A stretch of 64,000 nucleotides of DNA from Chiloscyllium plagiosum. Lineage: Eukaryota. Positions 63,613-64,000 of this stretch are shown here, one piece after another. The stretch is from NCBI RefSeq assembly GCF_004010195.1, contig NC_057713.1, forward strand, positions 100,304,075 through 100,368,074. The letters are read 5' to 3'. How positions within the stretch are numbered: the first letter of the stretch is position 1; each line of letters opens with the position of its first letter. Both the position numbers and the translations under genes were made by a program. The notes below the pieces were generated by a model. That model was not told where the DNA came from. It saw only the letters and a program-made list of their open reading frames with translations, and made no database searches.

Positions 63613-64000
63613 TTCTCCAGTTTAATACAGACTGTAAAAATAAACCCTCAGGCAGCGATAGCCTCCAGTGAGCGCCACAACCTCCTCATGAAGCTCAAAG
63701 TCACATCAGAGTCAACGTGTTTCAGTGCGTCTCCCATCTCTCTGCTTCTGTCTCTCGTCGTTAGAACACAGCTTCCTGCTCTCAGGGAGTAGCTTTTATT
63801 TTGCGTCTGTGGTCTGGAGCTTAGTCAGGAATTAGCCAGTTGGAGACATATATCTGTTGATTTTTTAAAAAAGCAAGTTTATTAAAATAACATAATTTCG
63901 AAACTCATAGATGCGCTACTTAAAAAGAGTGCATCAGTCTAGACTGCACGTTGGGCGCGCTTCTGTAGTCTCATTTAACGCTTCTCTGGTTGCTCGGGGC

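Overview
This window is vertebrate DNA, almost certainly from a cartilaginous fish (shark). The inference rests on HE1-type SINEs, CR1 LINEs and Deu-type SINEs. Positions 1-5470 are a G-rich 25-bp tandem satellite that runs directly into the 5' head of a non-autonomous retroposon. Positions 5.5-59 kb are transposon-rich intergenic DNA. They contain CR1, Rex1/Babar and L2-like LINE fragments, one near-full-length CR1 with an esterase ORF1, two LTR-like copies, and PIF/Harbinger, hAT and Penelope relics. The only host gene is the single coding exon of TMEM74 (minus strand, 62718-63515). The main unexplained signal is about 10 Penelope-derived loci carrying minimal type I hammerhead ribozyme motifs. 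Several are ~110-230-bp fold-back palindromes whose turn falls at the 5' edge of the ribozyme, and three of these have 13-16-bp target-site duplications. One copy (29425-29462) has a fully intact hammerhead. All coordinates were read by eye and family names come from recalled motifs, not database searches.
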